DNA of 64,000 nucleotides from Candidatus Solibacter sp. (GCA_039934035.1 JBDTMZ010000047.1:1600-65599); one strand, 5' to 3'; numbered from the stretch's first letter, positions 26,926-35,192 are shown. Numbers and translations: made by a program. The notes: generated by a model not told the origin, from the letters alone.

Positions 26926-27765
26926 TTAACGCGGCGGTTTGAGTTCCCGCACGATATCCTCAACGTCTTCGAGTTTCTCCCCGAGTATGTTGAGTTTACG
27001 GGAAAGGCCCTGGATTTCCGATTCCGCGCGCCGGTTCACCGCGTAATCGAGTTCGCCGCGGAGCCGGTCTTTCGCGTCCTGGCGATTCTGACTCATCATG
27101 ATCACCGGCGCCTGCACCGCGGCCAGCATGGAGAGGAACAGGTTGAGCAGGATGAAGGGGTAAGGATCCCATGACTTCTGCCGTAACAAGACGTTCAGGC
27201 TGGTGTAGATGACCAGGATCACGCCGAAACTGATGATAAAGGTCCACGATCCGCCGAAGCGCGCCACCGCATCGGCGACGTGGTTGCCGACCGTACTCTG
27301 TTCTTCGATCACTTCATTCGGATTGCGCGTGGAACGCAATCTTACTAGTTGCTGCGAGCCATGATACTGCTTGCCGAGCACGGCCAGCATATCCATGCCG
27401 GCATGCGGCTTGCGTTCCAGCAGGATGGTGATGTCGCGGCGGTCCACCTCGATGCAGACCGCCTCGCCGGCGGCCGCGGCGCTGGTCTGATGCGGCGTCT
27501 GATCCAGCATGGAAGCGAAGCCGAAGAACTCGCCTACCGAGGGTTGATCCACCACCACTTCCTGTTGATCTTCATCGACAATCGACACGCGGATCTGGCC
27601 GGCAACCACGATGTACCCCCGGCCCCCCGAATCCCCCGCACGATAGATGCGCTGGCGCGGCGCAAAGGTCTTGAGTTCGACTTGAGATGCAAGTACACCG
27701 ATCTCGTCATCGTCCAACAACGCGAAAAGGGGAACCTGCCGTAAAGTTTCGGGATCGCAAGCCAT
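26926..27765 (-). CDS. Cyclic-nucleotide-binding-domain protein fused to a DUF1003 membrane domain
   Basis: 279 aa. The N-terminal CAP_ED-like domain has VPLFALLDDDEIGVLA...GEFFGFASML. The C-terminal GGSWTFIISFG...DPYPFILLNLFLSMLAAVQAPVIMMSQNRQDAKDR matches the DUF1003 consensus. Confidence 0.8.
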   Translation of the reverse strand: MACDPETLRQVPLFALLDDDEIGVLASQVELKTFAPRQRIYRAGDSGGRGYIVVAGQIRVSIVDEDQQEVVVDQPSVGEFFGFASMLDQTPHQTSAAAAGEAVCIEVDRRDITILLERKPHAGMDMLAVLGKQYHGSQQLVRLRSTRNPNEVIEEQSTVGNHVADAVARFGGSWTFIISFGVILVIYTSLNVLLRQKSWDPYPFILLNLFLSMLAAVQAPVIMMSQNRQDAKDRLRGELDYAVNRRAESEIQGLSRKLNILGEKLEDVEDIVRELKPPR

Positions 27766-27807
27766 GGCGCACCTCGCCCCCAGGATTCCACACGCAAGGG
27801 TCGAGTG

Positions 27808-28467
27808 TCACCAGGAATTTTCGCCGCTGAATACCTCGGGCAGAGTTCGCAGGAGAATCGTGCAGTAGAGCAGGATACTCCGTTCGCGCACCAGGCGCAG
27901 GTCCAACTCACAACGCTCGGCGTAAGTGAGACGATTGCGTCCGGAGACCTGCCACAGGCCGGCGAGTCCGGGCTTGACGCGCAGCACTTCGCCGGCATGC
28001 ACGCCGTAGTGGCGCTGCAATTCCAGCGCGGTGACGGGACGCGGTCCCACCAGCGACATCTCACCCGACACGACATGCCAAAGCTGCGGCAACTCGTCAA
28101 TCGAGTGACGCCGGCAGAAGCGGGCGAAGGCGCTCGGGACGCGCGCGTCGGAGGCACTTTTGCCTTCTGGTCCGGCCTCGTCGTCGATGCGTTCGATGGC
28201 GACGCGAGTGGCCCGGGGAACAGCGCCGTCGGGCCACATCGTGCGCAGTTTCAGCATCCACAGATCGGCGCCCTGCCAGCCGACACGGCGGTGCGCAATC
28301 AACGGGAAGCGTCCCGACCGCACGTACAGCACGCAGACGCAAATCGCCAGCAACGGAAACGTGATTAGGAGCAGGAGCAACGCGGCCACGCGTTCGCAGA
28401 CGCCGACCATTTGCCAACTCCATTCCGAACTGTCCGCCGCTTGACGCAGTACAGGAAACGATCCCAT
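27808..28467 (-). CDS. Small monotopic phosphoglycosyl transferase (bacterial sugar transferase family)
   Basis: Trimmed from track ORF 27808..29217, whose N-terminus is antisense to the response regulator gene. Start at ATG 28467, with 28410 as an alternative. One hydrophobic re-entrant helix. KLRTMW, DELPQLWHVVSGEMSLVGPRP and the C-terminal DL.Y motif. Confidence 0.8.
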   Translation of the reverse strand: MGSFPVLRQAADSSEWSWQMVGVCERVAALLLLLITFPLLAICVCVLYVRSGRFPLIAHRRVGWQGADLWMLKLRTMWPDGAVPRATRVAIERIDDEAGPEGKSASDARVPSAFARFCRRHSIDELPQLWHVVSGEMSLVGPRPVTALELQRHYGVHAGEVLRVKPGLAGLWQVSGRNRLTYAERCELDLRLVRERSILLYCTILLRTLPEVFSGENSW

Positions 28468-28520
28468 GCGGGCTCCTATTCCGATGGTAGCGGGGCTGCC
28501 GCGGACAGTCTTGCCAGGAA

Positions 28521-28537
28521 TGTAAAGAACTTGTAAA
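28521..28537. promoter_or_regulatory. Direct repeat TGTAAA-N5-TGTAAA (11-bp phasing) in the divergent promoter region between the sugar transferase and response regulator genes
   Basis: TGTAAAGAACTTGTAAA occupies 28521-28537. The half-sites at 28521-28526 and 28532-28537 lie one helical turn apart, as expected for OmpR/PhoB-type binding sites. Confidence 0.3.
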
Positions 28538-28584
28538 AGCGGCCGTTCCTTGTGCGTTAACGCGCCCCGCGTGAGAATGAGGGG

Positions 28585-29271
28585 GTGCGCGTCCTGCTGG
28601 TGGAAGACGAAACACGCGTTGCCGGATTCGTGGCCAGGGGGCTGCGCGAACAGTCCTATGCCGTGGACTGGGCGGCGGATGCCGACGCCGCACTCTATCA
28701 GGCAGCTATCGCGCACTACGACCTGGTCGTGCTGGACGTGATGCTCCCCGGAAAGAACGGCCACGCGGTGTGCCGCGAACTGCGCGCCAACGGCTTTCGC
28801 GCGCCGATTCTCATGCTGACCGCGCGCGATTCGATTGACGATCGTGTGGCCGGCCTGGATTCCGGCGCCGACGATTACCTGGTGAAGCCCTTCGATTTCA
28901 AGGAGCTGCTGGCGCGCCTGCGGGCGCTTTCGCGGCGCAGCGGCATCCCTCGCGCGGAAGTGCTGCGGGCAGGCGATCTCACCTTGAATACCGGCAGCCA
29001 TGCGGTGGCCCGCGGCGGACGCGCCATCAGCCTCACCGCGAAGGAATACGCCCTGCTGGAATTCCTGCTGCTGCATCAGGATCGGGTGGCCGGCAGGGAA
29101 TCCATCGCACAGCACGTCTGGGACGAAAGCTTCGACGCCTTCACCAACGTGATCGATGTGTATGTGAAGCGACTGCGCGCCAAACTCGAGGCGGGCGGCG
29201 GCGCGCGGTTGATCCACACGCGGCGCGGCGAAGGCTACATCCTCAGCGCCCGTGCGCCGGAGAGCGAGTGA
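28585..29271 (+). CDS. OmpR/PhoB-family response regulator
   Basis: 228 aa with a GTG start. Receiver domain (DLVVLDVMLPG, ILMLTARD, DDYLVKPF) plus a winged-helix output domain (LTAKEYALLEFLL...RGEGY). Confidence 0.9.
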   Translation: MRVLLVEDETRVAGFVARGLREQSYAVDWAADADAALYQAAIAHYDLVVLDVMLPGKNGHAVCRELRANGFRAPILMLTARDSIDDRVAGLDSGADDYLVKPFDFKELLARLRALSRRSGIPRAEVLRAGDLTLNTGSHAVARGGRAISLTAKEYALLEFLLLHQDRVAGRESIAQHVWDESFDAFTNVIDVYVKRLRAKLEAGGGARLIHTRRGEGYILSARAPESE

Positions 29272-30578
29272 TGCGCAGTCTGCGGGCGCAGCTCACCCTC
29301 GCTTATCTCGCGTTCTTCACGCTGCTGTTCGCGGCCTTCACGGCCTTCCTCTACGGCGAACTCTCGCGCTCGCTGACCGCGCGCTTGGACGAGACCCTCG
29401 CCTCCGAGGCCGACACGGCCGCCGTACTTTTTCCCGATGAACTGCACGAAATGCAGGGCGATTCCGTGGCCGCGGCGCGCGAAGTGGTCAGCGAATTGAA
29501 ATTGCGCGGCGACGCCGTGGTGATTCGCGAAGGCGATCGCGTGCTGGCGGGAAGTGCGCACACCACGGCCGGCGCGCGCGAACGGCGTGCCGCGCGGCGC
29601 GTCGAGTCGGGCGGCCACACCTTTGAGATTGTAGTCTCCTCCGGCGCGGAGGCGATTGGCGCGGAACTGGCCGTAGTCCGGCGCGTGATCTTCGTGACTC
29701 TGCCGCTGATTCTGGCGCTGGCCGGCTTGGGCGGCTATTGGCTGGCGTCGCGAGGACTGCGTCCCTTGGGACTGATGGCGGAGCAGGCGCAGCGCATTAC
29801 GGGCAGCAATCTGGATACGCGTATCGAGGTGGCGCACGCCACGGAAGAAGTCGGCGTACTGGTCGCCAGTTTCAACGAACTGCTCGCGCGACTGGATCGA
29901 TCGTTCGAAACGATGCGGCGTTTTTCGGCCGACGCCTCGCATGAGTTGCGCACGCCCATGGCCGTGATTCGCGGTGAGGCCGACGTGGCGCTTTCCCGGG
30001 AGCGCGGCCCGGCGGAGTATCGCGAGTCGCTCGGCATCATTCTGGACGAGTCGCGCCGGGTATCGCGCCTGATCGACGATCTGCTCAATCTGGCGCGCGC
30101 CGATGCCGGACACGTGGCGCTCCAGGCGCGAAGCTTCTACCTCAACGAACTGCTGGCGGAGTGCTGCCGCAGTGTGCAAGCGGCGGCGTCCGCGGGAGGT
30201 GTCACGGTGGAGTGCCACGCGGGCGGCGACCTTCAGTTCACGGGCGACGAGCAACTCTTGCGCCGCTTAACCATCAACCTGCTCGAGAATGCCGTGCGGT
30301 ATACGCCGGCAGGCGGCAAGGTGTCAGCCGCCTTGGAACGGCAAGGCAGCGAGGTCCGCCTGGTGGTGGCGGATACCGGAGTCGGGATCGCTCGCGAAGA
30401 TGCGGCGCGGGTCTTTGAGCGCTTCTATCGCGCGGGGGAGGCGCGTTCGCGGAAGGATGGCGGATTCGGCCTGGGCCTGGCGATCGTGCGCTGGATCGCG
30501 GAATCTCACAAGGGTACGGTGGAGTGCGCGAGCGAGGTGGGCCGCGGCAGCACGTTCACGGTGACGCTGCCAGGGTAG
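29268..30578 (+). CDS. Sensor histidine kinase (2 TM, HAMP, HisKA, HATPase_c)
   Basis: 436 aa with an ATGA overlap to the regulator gene. H-box ADASHELRTPMAVI, N-box LLENAVRYTP, G-boxes DTGVGI and GGFGLGLAIV. Confidence 0.9.
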   Translation: MMRSLRAQLTLAYLAFFTLLFAAFTAFLYGELSRSLTARLDETLASEADTAAVLFPDELHEMQGDSVAAAREVVSELKLRGDAVVIREGDRVLAGSAHTTAGARERRAARRVESGGHTFEIVVSSGAEAIGAELAVVRRVIFVTLPLILALAGLGGYWLASRGLRPLGLMAEQAQRITGSNLDTRIEVAHATEEVGVLVASFNELLARLDRSFETMRRFSADASHELRTPMAVIRGEADVALSRERGPAEYRESLGIILDESRRVSRLIDDLLNLARADAGHVALQARSFYLNELLAECCRSVQAAASAGGVTVECHAGGDLQFTGDEQLLRRLTINLLENAVRYTPAGGKVSAALERQGSEVRLVVADTGVGIAREDAARVFERFYRAGEARSRKDGGFGLGLAIVRWIAESHKGTVECASEVGRGSTFTVTLPG

Positions 30579-30717
30579 CGGCTTTCCGCCGGGCAGGGAC
30601 GGGTGGCGCGAGCGCAGGCATGTACGTGCAGCGAGTACTGTGGCGCGGGCTAGCGAGGAGACTCGGCTCTTCGCCGTGGCGCGACCATCCTGGCCGCTCG
30701 CGTGCTAATCATGCTAC

Positions 30718-31776
30718 ATGAGATACGCGTTCCTGCTCGGACTATCGGCCCTCCTGTTCGCACAGGACAGGCCCCGGTTCGAAGTGCGCGCACCTCTGGT
30801 GATGGCGCCTGTCAACGTGACGGACGACAAGGGCCGCCTGGTTAACGATCTCGAGGCCTTTGATTTTCTGGTCTTCGATAACGGCCGCCCGCAAAAGGCC
30901 ACTGTCGACACTATGGATACAGGTGTTGCGCCGATTGCACTGGTGGTGGCAGTCCAATCGTCAGGCATTTCCGCCGCGGTCATCGAAAAGACGCGAAAAA
31001 TCGGAACCATGATCCAGCCGATGGTCATAGGCGAGCGTGGTGCGGCCGCCCTGGTCTCGTTCGACCAGAAGGTCAACTGGCTGCAAAACTTCACCAATGA
31101 CGAGGACGTGCTGGATGACGCATTTGGCAAACTCCGGCCCTTCACGCGGCCGGGCGAGGACAAGGAAGCGTGCATGCTGGACGCCGTTCACGAAGCCATC
31201 GAACGACTGCGCGCCATTCCGAACGCGCGGCGCGTCCTGCTGCTCATCTCCGAATCGCGCGACCGGGGCAGCGAGACTACGCTCGAAGCCGCCATCATGG
31301 CCGCGCAGTCCGCTGGGGTGGCGATCTACGCCCTGAATTACTCGGCGCTGAAGACCGCCTTCACGTCCAAACTTCCGGTCGCCGCGCCGCGCAGGGCGCT
31401 GAAGCCGAAAATGCCGGAAGATGTCCTGGGATGGGTCAACGGGATGCCCCCGGGCTTATACAATCCGTGGCCGAAGCACCTGCCTCCCGAGCAGCAGGTG
31501 GACGTGAAGAGCGCGGTCGGCGAGTTAATGCGACTTGGCAAGACCAACACCGCGGAAGCGCTGACCAAAGCGACCGGAGGGGCGACGCTTTCGTTCTCGA
31601 AGCAAAGGGCACTCGAGGATGCGATCCAGCGCTTCGGGACGGAACTGCATTCTCAATATGTGATCAGCTTCGCGCCGGACGACTTGACGCCGGGCTATCA
31701 CCGCATCGAAGTGCGCCTCGCGCGGCCCGGCAAAATGCTGGTCCACGCCCGGCCGGGATACTGGACCACGCAGTGA
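30718..31776 (+). CDS. Secreted VWA-domain protein (acidobacterial VWFA-related family)
   Basis: 352 aa with a signal peptide. The N-terminal FEVRAPLVMAPVNVTDDKGRLVNDL..DFLVFDNG block and the LLLISESRDRGS VWA-like core resemble the TIGR03436-type family (from memory). Confidence 0.75.
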   Translation: MRYAFLLGLSALLFAQDRPRFEVRAPLVMAPVNVTDDKGRLVNDLEAFDFLVFDNGRPQKATVDTMDTGVAPIALVVAVQSSGISAAVIEKTRKIGTMIQPMVIGERGAAALVSFDQKVNWLQNFTNDEDVLDDAFGKLRPFTRPGEDKEACMLDAVHEAIERLRAIPNARRVLLLISESRDRGSETTLEAAIMAAQSAGVAIYALNYSALKTAFTSKLPVAAPRRALKPKMPEDVLGWVNGMPPGLYNPWPKHLPPEQQVDVKSAVGELMRLGKTNTAEALTKATGGATLSFSKQRALEDAIQRFGTELHSQYVISFAPDDLTPGYHRIEVRLARPGKMLVHARPGYWTTQ

Positions 31777-31832
31777 TCGGATGTGTCGAGCGCAGGCGGA
31801 GTGCATAATCTTGCGTGAGAGTGGCCGTCTTT

Positions 31833-31876
31833 GTGGGGCAGGCATTCCTGCCTGCCGCCGCCTTCAGGCGGCGCGA
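31833..31876 (+). repeat. Double-hairpin intergenic repeat, family A (second copy)
   Basis: GTGGGGCAGGCATTCCTGCCTGCCGCCGCCTTCAGGCGGCGCGA contains the hairpins GGCAGG-CATT-CCTGCC and CGCCGCC-TTCA-GGCGGCG. Confidence 0.85.
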
Positions 31877-31957
31877 TGCCTCGCAAGAGTGGCATATGGC
31901 TCCAGCCTTGTGCCACTACCACTTTCCCTGTCCGTCAGTTCTCGGTCGGCGCCCTCC

Positions 31958-31990
31958 GGTGGAACAGACCATCGCGCAGCGTGGTCTGTT
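31958..31990 (+). repeat. Hairpin repeat, family C variant (GGTG-GAACAGACCA-TCGCGCAGCG-TGGTCTGTT)
   Basis: It has the same 5' flank and stem as the four copies at 61171-61333. The loop is the same length but a different sequence. Confidence 0.75.
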
Positions 31991-32191
31991 TAAGGCGAGC
32001 AGAGCTCGACCAAGGGGGGCAGCGCCCCCGTTTGTCGAGAAGCTACTTGCCGCTCTTCTTCGCCGGCGTCTTCTTCGCGGGTGTCTTGCACTTCGGTTTG
32101 CAGGCCATATCGCAGTCAGTCTAACAGGTATTAGAGCCTATTTATCTTTATCCACCGCATTGCGGCGCGGCCGGACTACAATTGAGGTGAG

Positions 32192-33076
32192 ATGAAGAAG
32201 ATCGGGACTCTGGGATGCGTTTTCCTGGCCGGCCTGCTCTCTGCGGTCACGCTGCCCCTTTACGGCGAGATTCGCATTCTCGCCATCACGTCTGCCGCAA
32301 ATTTCGCGACGGGAACCCTCCTGCCCGGCAGCCTTGCGAGTGTCTTCTGCACCGGCCTGCAAGTCCCAGCCCTGGCCACGCCGGACGGCATGCCGCTGCC
32401 TCGCACTCTGGCCGGCGTGAAAGTGACCGTGCAGGGAGTGGACGCGCCGATTCTGGCGATTGCCAGCCTCGCCGGTGGCACCTATCAACAGATCAACGTG
32501 CAGCTTCCGTGGGAGCTGCCGGTTTCCCTCACTTCACCGGCATACGGGGTCGTGACCCAGGGTGATGCCAGCGGGCACTTCTTGTGGAGCGGCTTTACCG
32601 GATTGTGGCCCGTGTTCTTCAGCAATGTCGCGGGCTACGCAGTGGCACAGCATGCCAGCGACCTGCGCCTCGTCACGCCCGCCGATCCGGCCAGACCTGG
32701 CGAGTGGATCGCGGTCTACGCGACCAATCTCGGCCCGGTGGCGAATCAACCAGCGGACGGCTACCCGGCGCCCACCCAACCGCTCGCAGCCGTCGCGCCC
32801 ACTCCCACAAGCTACCGCTACTATTTCGGTCCGGTGGTGGGCGACAGCGGGAGTTACACCAGCACGCGGCTCGCGTCCAATTACATGGGGTTAGTCCCCG
32901 GACTGGCGGGGCTCTATCAGGTGAACGTACAGGTTCCGGGCGGCCAGCCATCCGGAGACCTGGTTTTTCAAATCGTCGACTTGTGGGACTGCGGCTTCTT
33001 CTTTTCGCAGTCCTGTGGCCGCAGCTTGGTGACGGCCGCCGCGAGCATGGCGGCGAAGATACCTGTGGGGAATTAG
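32192..33076 (+). CDS. Secreted protein with a Solibacter-type IPT/TIG-like module (paralogue of 48887..49786 and the C-terminus of 13840..15726)
   Basis: 294 aa with a signal peptide. VKVTVQGVDAPILAIAS...QINVQLPWEL, YATNLGPV and GLAGLYQVNVQVPGG..SGDL align with the two paralogues. Confidence 0.7.
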   Translation: MKKIGTLGCVFLAGLLSAVTLPLYGEIRILAITSAANFATGTLLPGSLASVFCTGLQVPALATPDGMPLPRTLAGVKVTVQGVDAPILAIASLAGGTYQQINVQLPWELPVSLTSPAYGVVTQGDASGHFLWSGFTGLWPVFFSNVAGYAVAQHASDLRLVTPADPARPGEWIAVYATNLGPVANQPADGYPAPTQPLAAVAPTPTSYRYYFGPVVGDSGSYTSTRLASNYMGLVPGLAGLYQVNVQVPGGQPSGDLVFQIVDLWDCGFFFSQSCGRSLVTAAASMAAKIPVGN

Positions 33077-33159
33077 GCTTGATCGATCGACGGAGGGTGC
33101 GAAGGCTGCCCGTTTGGTTTGCCGTTGACCACAACCGTATATCCCGCGACAATGGGAGC

Positions 33160-33456
33160 ATGAATCGCGATCAGGTTCTCGCCATATTGCGCGGCCACGA
33201 ATCGGAACTGAGGGCGGCGGGCATTAAGGGCCTTTCTCTCTTCGGCTCGACCGCACGCGGAGATTACCGGCCCGATTCCGATATTGACTTGGTGGCAGTC
33301 TTCGACGAAACTCGCCGCATCTCGCTGTTGGGCGTCGTGGGAATCGAGCAGCAAATCTCGCGGATGCTGGACCGCACAGTCGAGCTTGTCGAGGAAGCAA
33401 TGCTGAAACCTCGAGTGCGCAAGAGCGTCGAGGCTGAGGCGGTTCGTGCCTTCTAG
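33160..33456 (+). CDS. mntA: MntA-type nucleotidyltransferase antitoxin (type VII TA)
   Basis: 98 aa, read from the ATG at 33160 inside track ORF 32584..33456. Minimal NTase motif FGSTARGDYRPDSDIDLV. Overlaps the downstream DUF86 gene by 11 nt. Confidence 0.8.
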   Translation: MNRDQVLAILRGHESELRAAGIKGLSLFGSTARGDYRPDSDIDLVAVFDETRRISLLGVVGIEQQISRMLDRTVELVEEAMLKPRVRKSVEAEAVRAF

Positions 33457-33808
33457 AGATCCGATCCAGCGGTTTGAAGATATCCTCGAAAACATCGCCC
33501 TCATCGAGGAGTTTACGAGGGATATGGACCAGGCCGCATTTCTCGACGACCTTAAAACGCGCAACGCGACGGAGCGGTGCCTGGAACGGATCAGTGAAGC
33601 TGCGAAGAAGCTGGGGGAACTGGCCGAGGAATTGTGCCCAACAGTTCCGTGGCCCAATGTGCGTGCCCTCGGAAACTTCTTGCGACATGAATACGAGAGA
33701 GTCGAGCCGGGTCGCTTGTGGGTGATGGTAGAGGACGATATAGTACCGCTCAAAGCTGCCTCGCAACGGGCGCTTCAACAGTTGCGTCAGCCGGATACAA
33801 AAGAATAG
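33446..33808 (+). CDS. hepT: HepT-like (DUF86/HEPN) toxin, with a non-canonical active-site motif
   Basis: 120 aa. Family-typical FEDILENIALIEEF..., ERCLERISEAAKKL and ...GNFLRHEY (H-x-Y present). Paired with the NTase gene. Confidence 0.75.
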   Translation: MPSRDPIQRFEDILENIALIEEFTRDMDQAAFLDDLKTRNATERCLERISEAAKKLGELAEELCPTVPWPNVRALGNFLRHEYERVEPGRLWVMVEDDIVPLKAASQRALQQLRQPDTKE

Positions 33809-33887
33809 GTCGATTAGACGCCCCATCTCTTATCCCCTCCAGTTCATCGTCCATTCATTCGCGCGTATCTATACTAGACTCTTTACG

Positions 33888-35189
33888 ATGCCCCGCCTAC
33901 TGCCGTTAATAGGCCTTCTCTCCGTACTCGCAGGTACCGCGTTCGCTCAGAATCCGGCGCCTCCCACCCTCACGCTCACCCTACAGGACGCCCTGGAACG
34001 CGCCCGAGCCAACGCCCAGCAACTCCTGTCGGCGGACCTCGCCGCACGCATCGCTCGCGAGGACCGCGTGCAAGCCAAGGCAGCGCTGCTGCCAAGCGTG
34101 AACTGGATCAACGGGTTCGATTACACCCAGCCGAACGGCACCGATACCGGCGTCTTCGTGGGGAATAACGGCCCGCGGGTCTACACCAACCTGGCCAACG
34201 TGCACGCCGATGTATATGCACCCGGCAAGCGCGCCGATTACCAGATGGCCATCGCCGGCGAAGCCATCGCGCGCGCGAAAATCGAAATCGCCGCACGCGG
34301 CCTCAACGCCGTCGTCATCCAGAACTTTTACGGCATGACTGTCGCGCAGCGCCATCTGGCCAACGCACAGCGCAGCGTGCAGGAAGCGCAGCAATTCGTC
34401 GACATCACCCAAAAGCAGGAGGCCGGCGGCGAGGCCGCCCACTCCGACGTGATCAAAGCGCAGCTCACGCTCGACCAGCGCCAGCGCGACGCCCAGGAAG
34501 CGCAGCTCGCCTACGACAAGACGCGCCTCGGCTTCGCCGTCTTCCTCTTCCCCGATTTTCGCCAGGATTTTGCCGTCACCGACGATCTCGACCGCACCGC
34601 TCCGCTCGGCGCCTTCGCCGAAATCGAAACGCTCGCGCAGAAGAACAATCCGGAAATTCGCGCCGCGCAATCCACCATCACGCAGGAGACCTACGGCATC
34701 AAGAGCGCGCGCTCGGGCCTGTATCCGACGCTTGCGGTGGATTATTTCTTCGGACTGCAAGCCAATCAATACGCCGTGCACAATGAACTCGGGCAGAACA
34801 ATCTCGGCAACTCGGTGGTGGCCAGCCTGAATTTTCCGATCTGGAATTGGGGCGCGGCGCGTAGCAAGGTGCGGCAGGCGGAGTTGAAACTCCAGCTGGC
34901 GCGCACGGACTTGAGCCTGACGCAGCGGCAGTTGCTTTCGAACCTCCACGCCTTCTACCTCGAAGCCAACGTGGCGGCCAGCCAGGTGGCGTCTCTCAAG
35001 CACTCGCTGGACCTTTCCGACGAAAGCTTAAAGCTGACCGTCTTGCGCTACCAGGCCGGCGAAGTCACCGTGCTGGAAGTGGTGGACGCGCAGAGCACGC
35101 TCTTCGCGGCGCGCAACGCATACGACGATGGACTCGCGCGCTACCGCCTGGCGCTGGCCGCTTTGCAGACTCTGACGGGGGCCTTCTAG
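33888..35189 (+). CDS. TolC-family outer membrane efflux protein
   Basis: 433 aa with a signal peptide. Two OEP repeats (LTLQDALERA..., coiled-coil heptads, LLPSV.... and YPTLAVDY..). First gene of the efflux operon. Confidence 0.9.
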   Translation: MPRLLPLIGLLSVLAGTAFAQNPAPPTLTLTLQDALERARANAQQLLSADLAARIAREDRVQAKAALLPSVNWINGFDYTQPNGTDTGVFVGNNGPRVYTNLANVHADVYAPGKRADYQMAIAGEAIARAKIEIAARGLNAVVIQNFYGMTVAQRHLANAQRSVQEAQQFVDITQKQEAGGEAAHSDVIKAQLTLDQRQRDAQEAQLAYDKTRLGFAVFLFPDFRQDFAVTDDLDRTAPLGAFAEIETLAQKNNPEIRAAQSTITQETYGIKSARSGLYPTLAVDYFFGLQANQYAVHNELGQNNLGNSVVASLNFPIWNWGAARSKVRQAELKLQLARTDLSLTQRQLLSNLHAFYLEANVAASQVASLKHSLDLSDESLKLTVLRYQAGEVTVLEVVDAQSTLFAARNAYDDGLARYRLALAALQTLTGAF

Positions 35190-35192
35190 CCC

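Noticed and set aside
31815-32195. 126-aa ORF (MRVAVFVGQAFLPAAAFRRR...), and ORFs 46148..46657 and 46579..46920 containing DRPGGLSY-type peptides
   Set aside because: These reading frames run through family A/B/C repeat elements. The recurrent peptides (GQAFLPAAAFRRR, DRPGGLS) are repeat DNA read in frame, not conserved protein.
33160-33808. MNT/HEPN pair as a novel defence system
   Set aside because: The architecture is the already described type VII MntA/HepT toxin-antitoxin module. Only the active-site deviation is reported as a finding.
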